A stretch of 64,000 nucleotides of DNA from Eubacteriales bacterium. Its GTDB lineage: Bacteria > Bacillota > Clostridia > Oscillospirales > CAG-272. The DNA lies in contig JAZNCE010000120.1 of assembly GCA_045587385.1 (NCBI GenBank), forward strand, positions 45,085 through 109,084, given 5' to 3'. The notes beneath the pieces were generated by a model that was not told the origin of the DNA, did not search any database, and saw nothing but the letters and a program-made list of their open reading frames with translations. Below, piece by piece: positions 1-10,164 of this stretch. The first letter of the stretch is position 1, and every line of letters starts with the position of its first letter. Made by a program: the position numbers and the translations under genes.

Positions 1-318
1 ACCGTCCACCAGTACGGCAACATCCTTGCCAAACAGCTTTTCAATCTCCTTGAGGTTGGTCTTTTCCGCGCAGTCCTCCACGGTATCGTGAAGAAGCGCA
101 GCACAGATAGAGTCGGTATCAAGCTCCAGTCCGGCTACGATCTCCGCGACGGCAACCGGGTGAGATATATATTTTTCACCGCTGACGCGATACTGTCCTT
201 CATGCAGATTGTCCGCGTATTCAAACGCTCGCGTGATCTTTTCCACATCATATTTTTTTCCGGTCGCCTTGAGAATATCAAGCAGCCTCGTAATATCAGT
301 ATGAACCGAATTTTGCAT
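1..318 (-). CDS. relA: RelA/SpoT-family (p)ppGpp synthetase/hydrolase, N-terminal part only (gene continues past the left edge)
   Basis: Absent from the ORF track because it has no stop in the window. My translation of the minus strand from the ATG at 318-316 gives MQNSVHTDITRLLDILKATGKKYDVEKITRAFEYADNLHEGQYRVSGEKYISHPVAVAEIVAGLELDTDSICAALLHDTVEDC..., which contains the HD hydrolase-domain motifs. It lies 17 nt downstream of recJ, the usual Firmicutes order. Confidence 0.85.
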   Translation of the reverse strand, partial: MQNSVHTDITRLLDILKATGKKYDVEKITRAFEYADNLHEGQYRVSGEKYISHPVAVAEIVAGLELDTDSICAALLHDTVEDCAEKTNLKEIEKLFGKDVAVLVDG

Positions 319-335
319 AAAATTTCCTCTTGAAG

Positions 336-2525
336 TTATTGACATTGCATACGCAGCTTTTTCAGTATCTCCGAATTTTCAATGTTGGTCTTAGCTACGT
401 TACAGTATACGTCAAAAATGTACAGATTTTCTCCGGGCTCTTTCACACCGCAAAGATTGAGCTCCGAAAGAATAGCAATAATGAATTTTAACTTGATATA
501 GTTGATTTGGAGAGCCGAGGTAAGATTCAGCGTGGAGAGCAGCGTCTTATGTGAAAAAGTATTATGGCCTATGCGGCATTCTCTGCGCAACAGCTTATAT
601 ACCTCTGCGATATCGTCTCTGCCCGGCAATATGTTTTCTGCTGCGCTGAACATATCTCCCTCCAGGATCTGTTGATATCTTTCCCTTTCAAAACGGCACT
701 TTTCAGCGTAATCGTCAGAAATACGCATATCCTTAACGATCAACTGCAGGCTTTTGACGTTCTGGTACTCGTTAATGCTGAGCTGGAACATCACGTCCAC
801 GCAATCCGAAACGCTGAAGGGACAGGTCGATGCGGGAGTTCCGAACCAAACAGCCTGCATCTGCAAACCATCCTTGGCAAGAATGATCTTACAATGCTTG
901 CCTGCACCGAGCGGAATGATCTTATAGACGGTCAGATTTCTGCAAACCAGCTCAGGCGTGGGATTGGCAACGCCAAAGGGTTCAAGCGCACAAAGCTCAG
1001 CCGCCAAGGGCATGGTAAGCTGCTGAACGTCCACCTCGCAGTCCGCCTCATATCGGATATCCAACGCATCGCTGTCAAGGTTTTCTCTTGCGTACTGATT
1101 AATTCTCTGTCGGAACTCATCAATATTGCATCTTGCAATAGACAAGCCTGCAGCAAGCTCATGGCCGCCGTATCTGGTTAAAAGATCACTGCAATACGTC
1201 AAAGCGTCCACAAGGTTCATACCCTTGATGCTTCTGCCGGAGCCCTTGCCAACGTCGTCAAGACTTGCATAGCCTCGCGTTGCGCCGTCAAACGAGATCA
1301 GCACGGAGGGCAAGCCGTATTTTTCCGTAATTCTGGACGATACAATACCGATAATGCCCTGCTGCCAGGAATCATCCTCCAGTACGATCACTTTGTCGTT
1401 TTGGAAGTCATGCTGCTGTTCAATCGTTTTATACGCCTGCTCGGCAATGCGGTTTTCCTCGATCTGACGCTGCGTATTGATCTTGCAAAGCTCCTCGGCA
1501 CGTTCTCTTGCCGCATCGGGATCCTGCTCAAGCAGCAATTCAACCGCCTTGGTAGCACTGCTGATTCTGCCGGCTGCGTTGATTCTGGGCGCAATACCAA
1601 ACCCTATAAAGCCCGACGTGATCTTTTTTCTCTTGGGCGGCTGATCCTGTCTTGCGTTCGGATTATATGAAGACGCCTCAATTAAGGCATCCAAGCCGCA
1701 TCTTTGCGTGTTTTGCACCGCCTCAAGTCCGACGGACACAATATATCTGTTCTCATCAATGATCGGCATAACGTCTGCGATCGTACCGATTGCGGTCAGG
1801 TCCACGTAATCACGGCACACAGCTTCAATTGCCTGTGCATCAGATTTGCCGCATTTGCGGTATTCATACATCTCATACGCGCAGATCAGCTTAAATACAA
1901 CGCCTACACCCGCAAGCTCCTTAAAAGGATACGGGCAATCGGGTCTGTGCGGATTGACCACCGCACACGCGCAAGGCAACTCGGCACGGCATTCGTGATG
2001 GTCGGTAATGACCATGTCAATTCCCTTTTGTGCGGCAAATTCGACTTCACGGTCCGCAGTAATGCCGGTGTCGACCGTAACGATCAAGGTAACGCCATGA
2101 TCCGCCAGCACCTCGATCGCTGCATCGCACAATCCGTAACCCTCTTTATCTCTGCTGGGAATATAGTATACGATATCCGCGCCTTTGCTTTGCAGATAAA
2201 GGTAAATAGACGTAACGGAAGTGACGCCGTCCACGTCATAGTCTCCGTAAATTGCAATCGTTTCGCCTTTTTCAATCGCCTTTGCAATTCTCTCGACAGC
2301 CTTATCCATATCCTTCATCAAATAAGGGTCGTGCAAGGACGATACGTTTACGTTCATAAATGAATACGCCTTTTCGGGAGTATCGTATCCCCTGTTATAA
2401 AGCAGTCTGGCGGTGATATGCGATACACCGACATGCTGTGCAATATGCGCAATTCTTTGATCGGTCTCGCCCTCGTCAGGCGTATACAAGACCGACCACA
2501 CGCGCTCTCTTTTGAGTTCGTTCAT
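336..2525 (-). CDS. recJ: single-stranded-DNA-specific exonuclease RecJ
   Basis: 729-aa ORF with DHH-family motifs (IAIYGDYDVDGVTS, VTVDTGI, VITDHHE) and a DHHA1-type GGH motif (RYGGHELAAG). Confidence 0.9.
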   Translation of the reverse strand: MNELKRERVWSVLYTPDEGETDQRIAHIAQHVGVSHITARLLYNRGYDTPEKAYSFMNVNVSSLHDPYLMKDMDKAVERIAKAIEKGETIAIYGDYDVDGVTSVTSIYLYLQSKGADIVYYIPSRDKEGYGLCDAAIEVLADHGVTLIVTVDTGITADREVEFAAQKGIDMVITDHHECRAELPCACAVVNPHRPDCPYPFKELAGVGVVFKLICAYEMYEYRKCGKSDAQAIEAVCRDYVDLTAIGTIADVMPIIDENRYIVSVGLEAVQNTQRCGLDALIEASSYNPNARQDQPPKRKKITSGFIGFGIAPRINAAGRISSATKAVELLLEQDPDAARERAEELCKINTQRQIEENRIAEQAYKTIEQQHDFQNDKVIVLEDDSWQQGIIGIVSSRITEKYGLPSVLISFDGATRGYASLDDVGKGSGRSIKGMNLVDALTYCSDLLTRYGGHELAAGLSIARCNIDEFRQRINQYARENLDSDALDIRYEADCEVDVQQLTMPLAAELCALEPFGVANPTPELVCRNLTVYKIIPLGAGKHCKIILAKDGLQMQAVWFGTPASTCPFSVSDCVDVMFQLSINEYQNVKSLQLIVKDMRISDDYAEKCRFERERYQQILEGDMFSAAENILPGRDDIAEVYKLLRRECRIGHNTFSHKTLLSTLNLTSALQINYIKLKFIIAILSELNLCGVKEPGENLYIFDVYCNVAKTNIENSEILKKLRMQCQ

Positions 2526-2656
2526 GATTAAAATCCTTCATCCGTTTCGTTCCATTTCTCCTCGGTCTCATCGGCACCGACAGAGCATGATAACAATTCT
2601 TTTTCAAAATTATTTTTTCTAAATTCTCAAAAATGTCAATATGCTAAAATATCATA

Positions 2657-4303
2657 TCAGTCGCGGAAAGGTGCTGTGCGCTTCATCACTGCAAGCGCTG
2701 TGTTCACGCCGTCCACTGCCGCACTTGTGATGCCGCCGGCGTATCCTGCTCCTTCGCCGCAAGGATAAACGTAAGGAAAACCGATCGCATTTCTCTGCTC
2801 GGTTCGCGAAATGCGCACGGGCGCACTCGTTCTGGTTTCCGCGCCGGTCAAAATCGCATCTTCTGCGGCAAACCCTTGGATCTTGGTATCAAAGATCTCC
2901 AACCCGTATCGAAGTGTGCGATTGACCGCTTCAGGAAAAATAGTTGCGAGGTCCGCCGTTTTGGTTTTGCCATTCATATAAGTGGGCATCACGCGAGAAG
3001 GCTCATGTGCACTTCTGCCATGCAAATAGTCTCCAACCGTCTGAATGGGTGCTGTAAAATCAGATCCGCCCAAAGCAAACGCTTTTGCCTCGAAGCTTCT
3101 TTGCAACGCGATTGCACCTTCAACCAGGCTGCCATTAACCGCCTCATAATCCTCACAGCCCAGCGAAACCACCACGGCTGCATTGGAATTGCGCCCGTCT
3201 CTTGCACGATTACTCATGCCGTTAACCACAAGTCCTCCCTGCTCTGACGCCGCAGCCATGACCTCTCCCCCCGGACACATGCAAAACGTGTACACACCGC
3301 GCTGCGTGCGCGTATCCGATAGTGCGTACTCTGCATGTCCAAGTGCAGGGTGTCCTGCAAAATCACCGTACAGTGCGCAATCGATATCCGAGGTCAAATG
3401 CTCAATTCTGACACCGACAGATATCGGTTTGGCGACAAGCTCCATTTGCTTTTGCAGCAGCATTTGATAGGTATCGCGTGCACTATGCCCAACCGCAAGC
3501 ACGATCGAACTGCACAAAATATCCCCTTGCGTGGTATGCGCCGTGACCAACCCGTCAGCGTTCTGATCAAAACCGTCAAGCTTGCAGCGGTACATCACTT
3601 TTCCCCCGAGTGTCTCAATGCTTTCAAGCATATGATCCACTACGGTACGAAGCATATCGGTACCAACGTGAGGCTTGGAAAGCAGCATGATATCCGCAGG
3701 TGCACCGTGCTCCACCATGGTTTTGAGCACGTAGGTGCATTTGGGGTCATGAATGCGCGTCATGAGCTTACCATCCGAAAACGTGCCTGCTCCGCCCGCA
3801 CCAAACTGTACGTTGGAATCCGTGTCGAGCTGTTGCGTCCTATAGAAATCAGACACGCTTTTTACACGATCCTTAACGCAATCTCCCCTGTCTATAATGA
3901 TCGGACGATATCCGTTACGTGCAAGCATGAGCGCCGCAAACAACCCGGCAGGTCCCATGCCAACCACCAAGGGCGGTGCGCTCAAAACAGCCTGTCCATA
4001 TTCCGGCAGCAACGGCTCTGCTTGCAAAAGTCTGATCTTTTGCCGCTGCAGCAACGCTTGATTGGCAGGGTATGTGCCGTCGGCATGCACCGCCAGCACC
4101 GAATAAACAAACTGCACGTTCGCACGGTCTCTTGCATCAACCGATCTTTTGAACAAGCTGAAGGTATATTGCCCCGGCTGCTGCCCAATCTTCTTTAATC
4201 TTTGCTTTGCTTTTGCAAAGACTTCCTGCTCCTGTGCGTCCAAAGGGACAGTGACCGATTCGATCACCATCCCTAAAGCGCATTCATACTTATGAGTTGC
4301 CAT
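2657..4303 (-). CDS. NAD(P)/FAD-dependent oxidoreductase (COG2509-like uncharacterised FAD dehydrogenase)
   Basis: 548 aa with the dinucleotide-binding motif VVGMGPAGLFAALMLARNG. The overall layout matches the FAD-dependent dehydrogenases found next to cdaA-cdaR in Firmicutes. Confidence 0.65.
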   Translation of the reverse strand: MATHKYECALGMVIESVTVPLDAQEQEVFAKAKQRLKKIGQQPGQYTFSLFKRSVDARDRANVQFVYSVLAVHADGTYPANQALLQRQKIRLLQAEPLLPEYGQAVLSAPPLVVGMGPAGLFAALMLARNGYRPIIIDRGDCVKDRVKSVSDFYRTQQLDTDSNVQFGAGGAGTFSDGKLMTRIHDPKCTYVLKTMVEHGAPADIMLLSKPHVGTDMLRTVVDHMLESIETLGGKVMYRCKLDGFDQNADGLVTAHTTQGDILCSSIVLAVGHSARDTYQMLLQKQMELVAKPISVGVRIEHLTSDIDCALYGDFAGHPALGHAEYALSDTRTQRGVYTFCMCPGGEVMAAASEQGGLVVNGMSNRARDGRNSNAAVVVSLGCEDYEAVNGSLVEGAIALQRSFEAKAFALGGSDFTAPIQTVGDYLHGRSAHEPSRVMPTYMNGKTKTADLATIFPEAVNRTLRYGLEIFDTKIQGFAAEDAILTGAETRTSAPVRISRTEQRNAIGFPYVYPCGEGAGYAGGITSAAVDGVNTALAVMKRTAPFRD

Positions 4304-5105
4304 TTTCCGTTCCGTTCACGGGGGCGGCATCCACAGGAGCAACGTTGACCATAACGGTAGGCAGCGTGTAACGAATTCCATCGATAGGATTGGAATTGTT
4401 AAACAGCTCTTCACCATTCTCATCTAAGAAGCTGGCGCTTGCAACCGTCATTTGCTGTTGTCCTACGATACTCGGATCAAAATTCAAGAGATCCAATCTG
4501 ATCTTAACGCTGTCGATCTTGGATACCTCCTGTTCCGTACCGATGACCTTAAAGCTGATATTCTCCTCCACGAGTGCAAGGCTGTACTGAACGACGGTAT
4601 CAACGTCATCCACTTTTTCCACCTTTTCCACGGTAGCAGGCAGCTCAACCGTGCAAGCAACCTCTTTGGAGACGTTTACCGTAACCACCGCAGGTGTAAT
4701 ATCATAGTCCTTGAGCTCTACCTTATCGCCATTCGCGCTTTCACCGACCAAATATGCTTTCACGGTAGCAACACCGTCAACAGCGGTTCGGATATCCACG
4801 GAAAGGCGTATGTTTTGTGCATCGATCTTGGCAAGCTCACGGTTTGTGCCACGAATGGAGATAGACGCAAACTGTGCGCTCAAGGAATCAAAATCGATCT
4901 CCGGATTGTTTTGGTTAAACTCGGTCAGGCTCGCATCGTCCACCACTACCGGGATCTGATTATAGGTTTTGGTAATGATATCGTCGTTTGTCGCCTGTGC
5001 GTAGAGCCAGATGCTGAACGCTACGATAAAGCACCCGATCAGCGCGGCAATGCTGATGCTCTTCTTTTCCTTGAAAGCGGGCGATGCAGTATTATTGTTT
5101 TTCAT
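4290..5105 (-). CDS. cdaR: YbbR-domain protein, putative diadenylate cyclase regulator CdaR
   Basis: 271 aa with an N-terminal TM helix and then repeated YbbR-like units (ISIRGTNRELAKIDAQNIRLSVDI, FKVIGTEQEVSKIDSVKIRLDL). Its start overlaps the cdaA stop by 4 nt. Confidence 0.65.
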   Translation of the reverse strand: MKNNNTASPAFKEKKSISIAALIGCFIVAFSIWLYAQATNDDIITKTYNQIPVVVDDASLTEFNQNNPEIDFDSLSAQFASISIRGTNRELAKIDAQNIRLSVDIRTAVDGVATVKAYLVGESANGDKVELKDYDITPAVVTVNVSKEVACTVELPATVEKVEKVDDVDTVVQYSLALVEENISFKVIGTEQEVSKIDSVKIRLDLLNFDPSIVGQQQMTVASASFLDENGEELFNNSNPIDGIRYTLPTVMVNVAPVDAAPVNGTENGNS

Positions 5106-6040
5106 CTTACACCCTCCTCGCCGTTATCGTTGGTCTTGTCATCGGTATCAATGGAATCGGAAATTCTTGCACCATTCTGTGCTGCGGGCTTCTTTTTACG
5201 ATACTCCATAAAGCTATACAGCGCATCGTGTAGATTCTTATAATCATAGTTTCTGTAAAGAGATCCGCCAAAAGCAATGGAAATAATACCGTTCTCCTCG
5301 GAGACGATAATGACCATAGCGTCACTGACCTCGGTAATGCCGACACCTGCGCGATGGCGCGTACCCAAATCGTGCACGACTTCCTCGTTATCCGAAAGAG
5401 GAAGCTTGCATGCGGCAGCCGCAATGCGGTCTCCTTCAATGATCACAGCACCGTCGTGCAAGGGAGCTTTATTGACGAAAATATTTCTCAAGAGCTTCTC
5501 AGATACCTTGGCATCCAATCTTTCTCCCTTGTCCATGTAATCCTGCAACTTGGTCGTACGCTGTACTACGATCAGCGCACCGTACCCTTCAGAAGAAAGC
5601 GAGCAAGCAGCAGACGCGATCTCAGCAGACACGTGCTCGATCTCCGCAGCCGTACCCATTCTTTCTCCGCTGCCGAAGCGACCGATGCGAAGCGAAGTGC
5701 TGCCCACGCGCTCAAGCGCATCACGCAGCTCGGGCTGGAAGATGATAACGACAGCCACCAAACCGACCGTCAGAAAATTATCCATGATCAATCCCAGCGC
5801 CTTCATGTCCAGTACGCTGCAGATCATAAATATGCCAAACAAAGCCGCAACGCCAATCAACAGCTTTCCGGCTCTGCGTCTTCTGACAAATCTGTATAAA
5901 TAGTAAAGCAAGCCCGTTAACAGTAAAATATCCAGTAAGTCGATCACGGGATGCATGTTGTTGATCGGAAACAGAATAAAGTCCTCAATAAACGTGCGAA
6001 GTGCATTTAAAAGCTCCTGCCATTCGATCATTGAAGTCAC
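5102..6040 (-). CDS. cdaA: diadenylate cyclase CdaA (c-di-AMP synthase)
   Basis: 312 aa with three N-terminal TM helices and then DAC-domain motifs (HDGAVII, GTRHRAGVGITE, VSEENG). It has an acidic C-terminal tail of roughly 30 aa, longer than usual. Confidence 0.9.
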   Translation of the reverse strand: MTSMIEWQELLNALRTFIEDFILFPINNMHPVIDLLDILLLTGLLYYLYRFVRRRRAGKLLIGVAALFGIFMICSVLDMKALGLIMDNFLTVGLVAVVIIFQPELRDALERVGSTSLRIGRFGSGERMGTAAEIEHVSAEIASAACSLSSEGYGALIVVQRTTKLQDYMDKGERLDAKVSEKLLRNIFVNKAPLHDGAVIIEGDRIAAAACKLPLSDNEEVVHDLGTRHRAGVGITEVSDAMVIIVSEENGIISIAFGGSLYRNYDYKNLHDALYSFMEYRKKKPAAQNGARISDSIDTDDKTNDNGEEGVR

Positions 6041-6137
6041 CGCCTTTGCAATAAAATCCTTTTTATATTATATCACAACCGCTGCATAATTTCAACACTA
6101 TTTATAAAAAATTTATATATTTATATTATTTAAAATA

Positions 6138-6171
6138 ACACCCGAAAGCTCGCGAAAAAGCTTTCGGGTGT
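6138..6171 (-). terminator. rho-independent terminator after the 784-aa lipoprotein gene
   Basis: 12-bp stem ACACCCGAAAGC / GCTTTCGGGTGT, followed by a T-rich tract on the minus strand. Confidence 0.6.
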
Positions 6172-6187
6172 CGGTTTTATGATTTGT

Positions 6188-8542
6188 TTAATCTTTCACG
6201 GTATCCGCTACCTTCTCGGCAAGCAGCACACGCACTGCATGCAGGTAGTCGTCATCATCGGTATAGGTAATAACGTCCTTTGTCACCATAGCAACCATGT
6301 CGTCCGACGCTTGCTCCCCTGCCGCTTGCTCCAGCATGGTCAGCATCTGATAATCCTGAATGCCGAGACGGATGTTCTCAAGTCTGAACGAAGAAACCGG
6401 CTCGTATACGCCAACCTCTGCACCGCTGTACAGCAGCACGCCGTCACCGTACACACTGGTGATTACGGTGGAAGCAAGGTCGTTATAAGGATCTGCAGAC
6501 CAGTAGGTAGAACCCCAGTAAAGCAAGCCCGTTGCATCGGTCATCTTGCACTGCCATACCGTTACGATCGGCTCGGTGCCGTCACCCGTTGCAAGCCAGT
6601 TTGCATAAGGCTGGTTGGGTTCCCAACAGAAATACAGCCACAGCTCGTCGCCGGCTGCAACCTCCGCCTTCATTCTTTCGGCAAAAGAACCATATTGGTC
6701 GTCCTGCAGCTTGGTGGTCAGATACTGCGCGCCGCTGATGATCGACTTTTCTCTGGGCGTAAATGCAAAGATCTTGGTGCACCAGATCTGCGTATAGGGC
6801 TGCATGAACGTGATCTGATCCACGCCCTCAATGGTGATGTTGGTAAAGAACGGAGAGACCTGTCTGTAGCCGGGATACGTGCTTGCAAGTCTTTCGCCGT
6901 TCGATTTCAGCTGATACAGAAGATCCGTATTCGTGGGCTCGTCGACGTAGTAGAAGTAACCCTTTTCCAGCCACGCAGGATTCTGAGAAAGCATCGCATA
7001 AGCACCTGCCTCGTCACCGCCATTACTTTCCTTAATGCTGAACGAGGTCACTCGAGGGTTGTCCAGATACTCGGTCACGCGGCTATCCCACAGCGAATAC
7101 GGCAGATTATAGCAAGAGATGCGGTTTTCCAGCATGAAATCGTAGTAGAGCTTGTAAAGATCTTCAGCGGAATAATCGTTCATTCCCTTTTGTGCATACG
7201 AGTTAGAGATCACCCAAGGAGACATCTGCACCGCCGTCTTGAGTGCGGTGTGCTCGGAGAGCGAGAAACCGTACACGTACGCATAGACGTTGGCTGTCTT
7301 GATGCACGCACCGGTATCTGCGTCATACACGCTCACGGTCGCACTGTACAGACCTGCAGGCTGATTCTCTTGCGCCCATACCTTGAGCACAAAGCCCTGC
7401 GAGTTATTTTGCGCAACGCTGACAGCGCCGTTTACGGGCGGCAGCGCATCGGGCACCCAATCGTTGCCGATCTTCACGTAATGCTCGCGCAGCAGCTTGG
7501 TGGTCATCGTGTTACCCTGTCCGTCGGCCATTTCCGTGACCTCAACACGGATATTTCTTGCAGATGCGGTAGGTGCAACGAAGAACTGGCAGTTCTCAAT
7601 GCTGTTACCCGCCATATGCATGACGTATGTGTTCAGATCAGAAGGAGTGATCGTATCACGGTAGGTCTTTTCGGTCATGTGGTCAAACCAGAAAAGCACG
7701 GAAGCATCCTCGTCGGAAGCAGTAAGCTTATCGTAATTGACACCGTTTACCGCACTCTCCTTGAGATCCGATCCCTGTCCGGGCTTGGTCATGTCCACGT
7801 CAAAGCTCTGATAAGCTTCACCCGCAGTTTTATAAAGGTCAATGGAGGCAATATAAACGGACTCCCCGCCGCCCGAAGGAGCAACCAAAAAGTCAAAGCG
7901 GAACATGTTGATCGCGCCCGACCAATTTGCTGCGGACAGATCCATCACAACGTACTGCCAATCGGGGTTGGTCTGGTCAAAGGTCATGACCTTACTCATG
8001 CCACCGACGGGAGATTTGGTGCTGCCTGCGGCATAGAACACCTCAAAGCCATCGCTTGTCGCGTTCTCTGCCTTGATTTTGAGCACAACGTACTTATACT
8101 CGTCCGCGCTTGCGGCTGTCATTCCGAATTTTTTCAGATAATTCTTGTACTCAAAGTGAATAAAGGGATCGTTTGCACCATCCTTAGTGGTCAGCTTCAA
8201 CACGTATCCGCATTGCTCGTCCTTAACGATCTCATACGTGCACTGATTGGCGTTTTCCAGAATTTTTCTCCAAGTAAACGCCTCATCACCCGTAAAGGTA
8301 ATACTCGTTGCGGACATGGGGTTGTTCAATTCGTTGGTTGTAGTAATTTCCTCGGTTGTCGGCTCCTCGGTAGTCACATCGGTAGTGGGCGGCTCTGTTT
8401 GCGCGGGATCACTCGTTTGTTCATCATCCGTAACAGATGTTTCTTCGTTGTCAGCGGGCACATCGGTGCGGCATGCAGCAAACACGACACAGCCAAGAGT
8501 CAGCAGTGCCAACATTACCAGTAAAACTTTCTTGAAGCTCAT
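6188..8542 (-). CDS. secreted lipoprotein, putative glycoside hydrolase (GH123-like / DUF4091-like C-terminal half)
   Basis: 784 aa with a lipobox signal peptide (LLTLGCVVFAAC) and a Thr/Glu-rich linker. The C-terminal half carries motifs I associate with DUF4091/GH123-type proteins (YFYYVDEPT, LWLYFCWEPNQPYANW). The family assignment is from memory only. Confidence 0.5.
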   Translation of the reverse strand: MSFKKVLLVMLALLTLGCVVFAACRTDVPADNEETSVTDDEQTSDPAQTEPPTTDVTTEEPTTEEITTTNELNNPMSATSITFTGDEAFTWRKILENANQCTYEIVKDEQCGYVLKLTTKDGANDPFIHFEYKNYLKKFGMTAASADEYKYVVLKIKAENATSDGFEVFYAAGSTKSPVGGMSKVMTFDQTNPDWQYVVMDLSAANWSGAINMFRFDFLVAPSGGGESVYIASIDLYKTAGEAYQSFDVDMTKPGQGSDLKESAVNGVNYDKLTASDEDASVLFWFDHMTEKTYRDTITPSDLNTYVMHMAGNSIENCQFFVAPTASARNIRVEVTEMADGQGNTMTTKLLREHYVKIGNDWVPDALPPVNGAVSVAQNNSQGFVLKVWAQENQPAGLYSATVSVYDADTGACIKTANVYAYVYGFSLSEHTALKTAVQMSPWVISNSYAQKGMNDYSAEDLYKLYYDFMLENRISCYNLPYSLWDSRVTEYLDNPRVTSFSIKESNGGDEAGAYAMLSQNPAWLEKGYFYYVDEPTNTDLLYQLKSNGERLASTYPGYRQVSPFFTNITIEGVDQITFMQPYTQIWCTKIFAFTPREKSIISGAQYLTTKLQDDQYGSFAERMKAEVAAGDELWLYFCWEPNQPYANWLATGDGTEPIVTVWQCKMTDATGLLYWGSTYWSADPYNDLASTVITSVYGDGVLLYSGAEVGVYEPVSSFRLENIRLGIQDYQMLTMLEQAAGEQASDDMVAMVTKDVITYTDDDDYLHAVRVLLAEKVADTVKD

Positions 8543-8553
8543 ACAAATCTCCT

Positions 8554-9999
8554 TTATCTGCGGTTTCTAAGCATTTCATGCTTGATATCCCAAAGCTTTT
8601 GAGAAAGGTCAACGTAATACTTGTGAGGATTGGTAAATCTGCGCACCTCGTCCCACATACCCAAAATCTCCTCCTCGCAATGCGCCTTAATCTCTTCAAT
8701 CGTGGGCAATTCATAGACCTGCACACCGTCCTTGAATACGGGCACCATCAGCTCGGTTGCGGTATAGTCCTGCATGACCTTACGCTTCCAGGTGTGCTCA
8801 GGGTCAAAGATCTCGTAGGGTTGGCTGTCGTCTATGACCTCGTCGTGCAAGCAGATGACGTCCGCCTCTGCCTTGCCCGTGGTTTTACCGCGCAGTCTGT
8901 AAATCTTCTTGAAGTGCGGCGTGGTGATCTTACCGACGTTTTCGCTGATTTTGATCTTGGGTTTGATGCTGCCGTCCTCGTTTTCCACGGCGACCAGCTT
9001 GTACACACCGCCAAAAACGGGTGCAGACAACGAGGTGATCAGACGCTCACCGACACCGAACGCATCTACGCACGCCCCTTGACGGATCAGCTCGCGGATA
9101 ATATACTCGTCAAGCGAGTTGGAAACCACGATCTTGCACTCCGTCCAGCCTGCCGCATCCAGCATCTCTCTGACTTTTTTTGTCAGATAGGTGATGTCGC
9201 CCGAGTCAAGGCGCACACCGCATTTGGTAATACCAAGGGGCTTTAACACCTCGTTGAATGCGCGAATGGCGTTGGGCACGCCGGATTCCAGTACGTTATA
9301 GGTGTCGATCAACAGCGTAGCATTGTCGGGATAAATCGAGCAATAGGTCTTGAACGCTTCATACTCGGTATCAAACATCTGCACCCAGGAATGCGCCATA
9401 GTGCCCGTCGCGGGAACGCCGTATGCGATATCCGAAATGGTGCATGCCGTACCGGACGCGCCGCCGATATATGCGGCGCGCGCACCGAGAATTGCAGCGT
9501 CACTGCCCTGCGCACGTCTGGAGCCGAACTCGCTGATGGGTCTGCCCTTTGCCGCACGAGCAAGTCTTGCAGCTTTAGTCGCAATCAGCGATTGGTGGTT
9601 GATCATCATAAGCACGTAGGTTTCAATGAACTGTGCCTCGATGGCTTTTGCACGCACGGTCATCAAGGGCTCGCCGGGAAATACGACCGTTCCCTCGGGA
9701 ACAGCCCAGATATCACCGGTGAATTTGAAGCCGCGCAGGTAGTCAAGGAACTCTTCACTAAAGCAATTTTTGTCGCGCAGGTATTGGATGTCCTGCTCGT
9801 CAAAGTGCAGATCGTTGATGTACTGCACAACCTGCTCAAGTCCCGCTACGACCGCAAAACCACCGTTGTCGGGGTTGGATCTGTAGAACACGTCGAAATA
9901 GGTGATTTTATCTTTGAAGCCGCAAGCAAAGTAACCGTTGCTCATGGTCAATTCGTAAAAATCACACAGCATTGTCAAGTTTCTTGAGATGTCTTTCAT
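8554..9999 (-). CDS. pncB: nicotinate phosphoribosyltransferase
   Basis: 481 aa. The N-terminus LTMLCDFYELTMSNGYF and later GTMAHSWVQ are typical of NAPRTase. Confidence 0.9.
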   Translation of the reverse strand: MKDISRNLTMLCDFYELTMSNGYFACGFKDKITYFDVFYRSNPDNGGFAVVAGLEQVVQYINDLHFDEQDIQYLRDKNCFSEEFLDYLRGFKFTGDIWAVPEGTVVFPGEPLMTVRAKAIEAQFIETYVLMMINHQSLIATKAARLARAAKGRPISEFGSRRAQGSDAAILGARAAYIGGASGTACTISDIAYGVPATGTMAHSWVQMFDTEYEAFKTYCSIYPDNATLLIDTYNVLESGVPNAIRAFNEVLKPLGITKCGVRLDSGDITYLTKKVREMLDAAGWTECKIVVSNSLDEYIIRELIRQGACVDAFGVGERLITSLSAPVFGGVYKLVAVENEDGSIKPKIKISENVGKITTPHFKKIYRLRGKTTGKAEADVICLHDEVIDDSQPYEIFDPEHTWKRKVMQDYTATELMVPVFKDGVQVYELPTIEEIKAHCEEEILGMWDEVRRFTNPHKYYVDLSQKLWDIKHEMLRNRR

Positions 10000-10102
10000 T
10001 TTAAGTCAGCCTTCTTCCTGTAATTTATTGATAATATTATAACAAACCATGCAAAGAATGTCAATGCGAAACGCGATATTTTGCGTTTTTTTATGCGAGG
10101 TC

Positions 10103-10131
10103 TTGCAATCATGTAAATATCGTGCTATAAT
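10103..10131 (+). promoter_or_regulatory. sigma-70-type promoter for nadE (TTGCAA-17 nt-TATAAT)
   Basis: -35 TTGCAA at 10103-10108, an exact 17-nt spacer, and -10 TATAAT at 10126-10131, about 34 nt upstream of the nadE ATG. Confidence 0.6.
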
Positions 10132-10164
10132 ATCATACAGAATATGGTTTTTTCGGAGGTTTCC

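Noticed and set aside
88-333. 81-aa plus-strand track ORF at the left edge
   Set aside because: It is antisense to a much better reading: the minus strand encodes a textbook RelA/SpoT HD-domain N-terminus starting at 318. The plus ORF has no RBS and no recognisable motif.
6179-8524. 781-aa plus-strand ORF mirroring the 784-aa lipoprotein gene
   Set aside because: It is a codon-aligned antisense shadow. Its composition is Arg/His/Cys/Val-rich and low in information, with no RBS, signal peptide or motif. The minus-strand product has a lipobox and glycosidase-like motifs.
10060-10100. Short inverted repeat AAACGC-N8-GCGTTT followed by a T-run between pncB and nadE, considered as a NiaR-type operator or terminator
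   Set aside because: The stem is only 6-7 bp. I cannot reproduce a known NAD-regulator consensus from memory, and the evidence is too weak to call.
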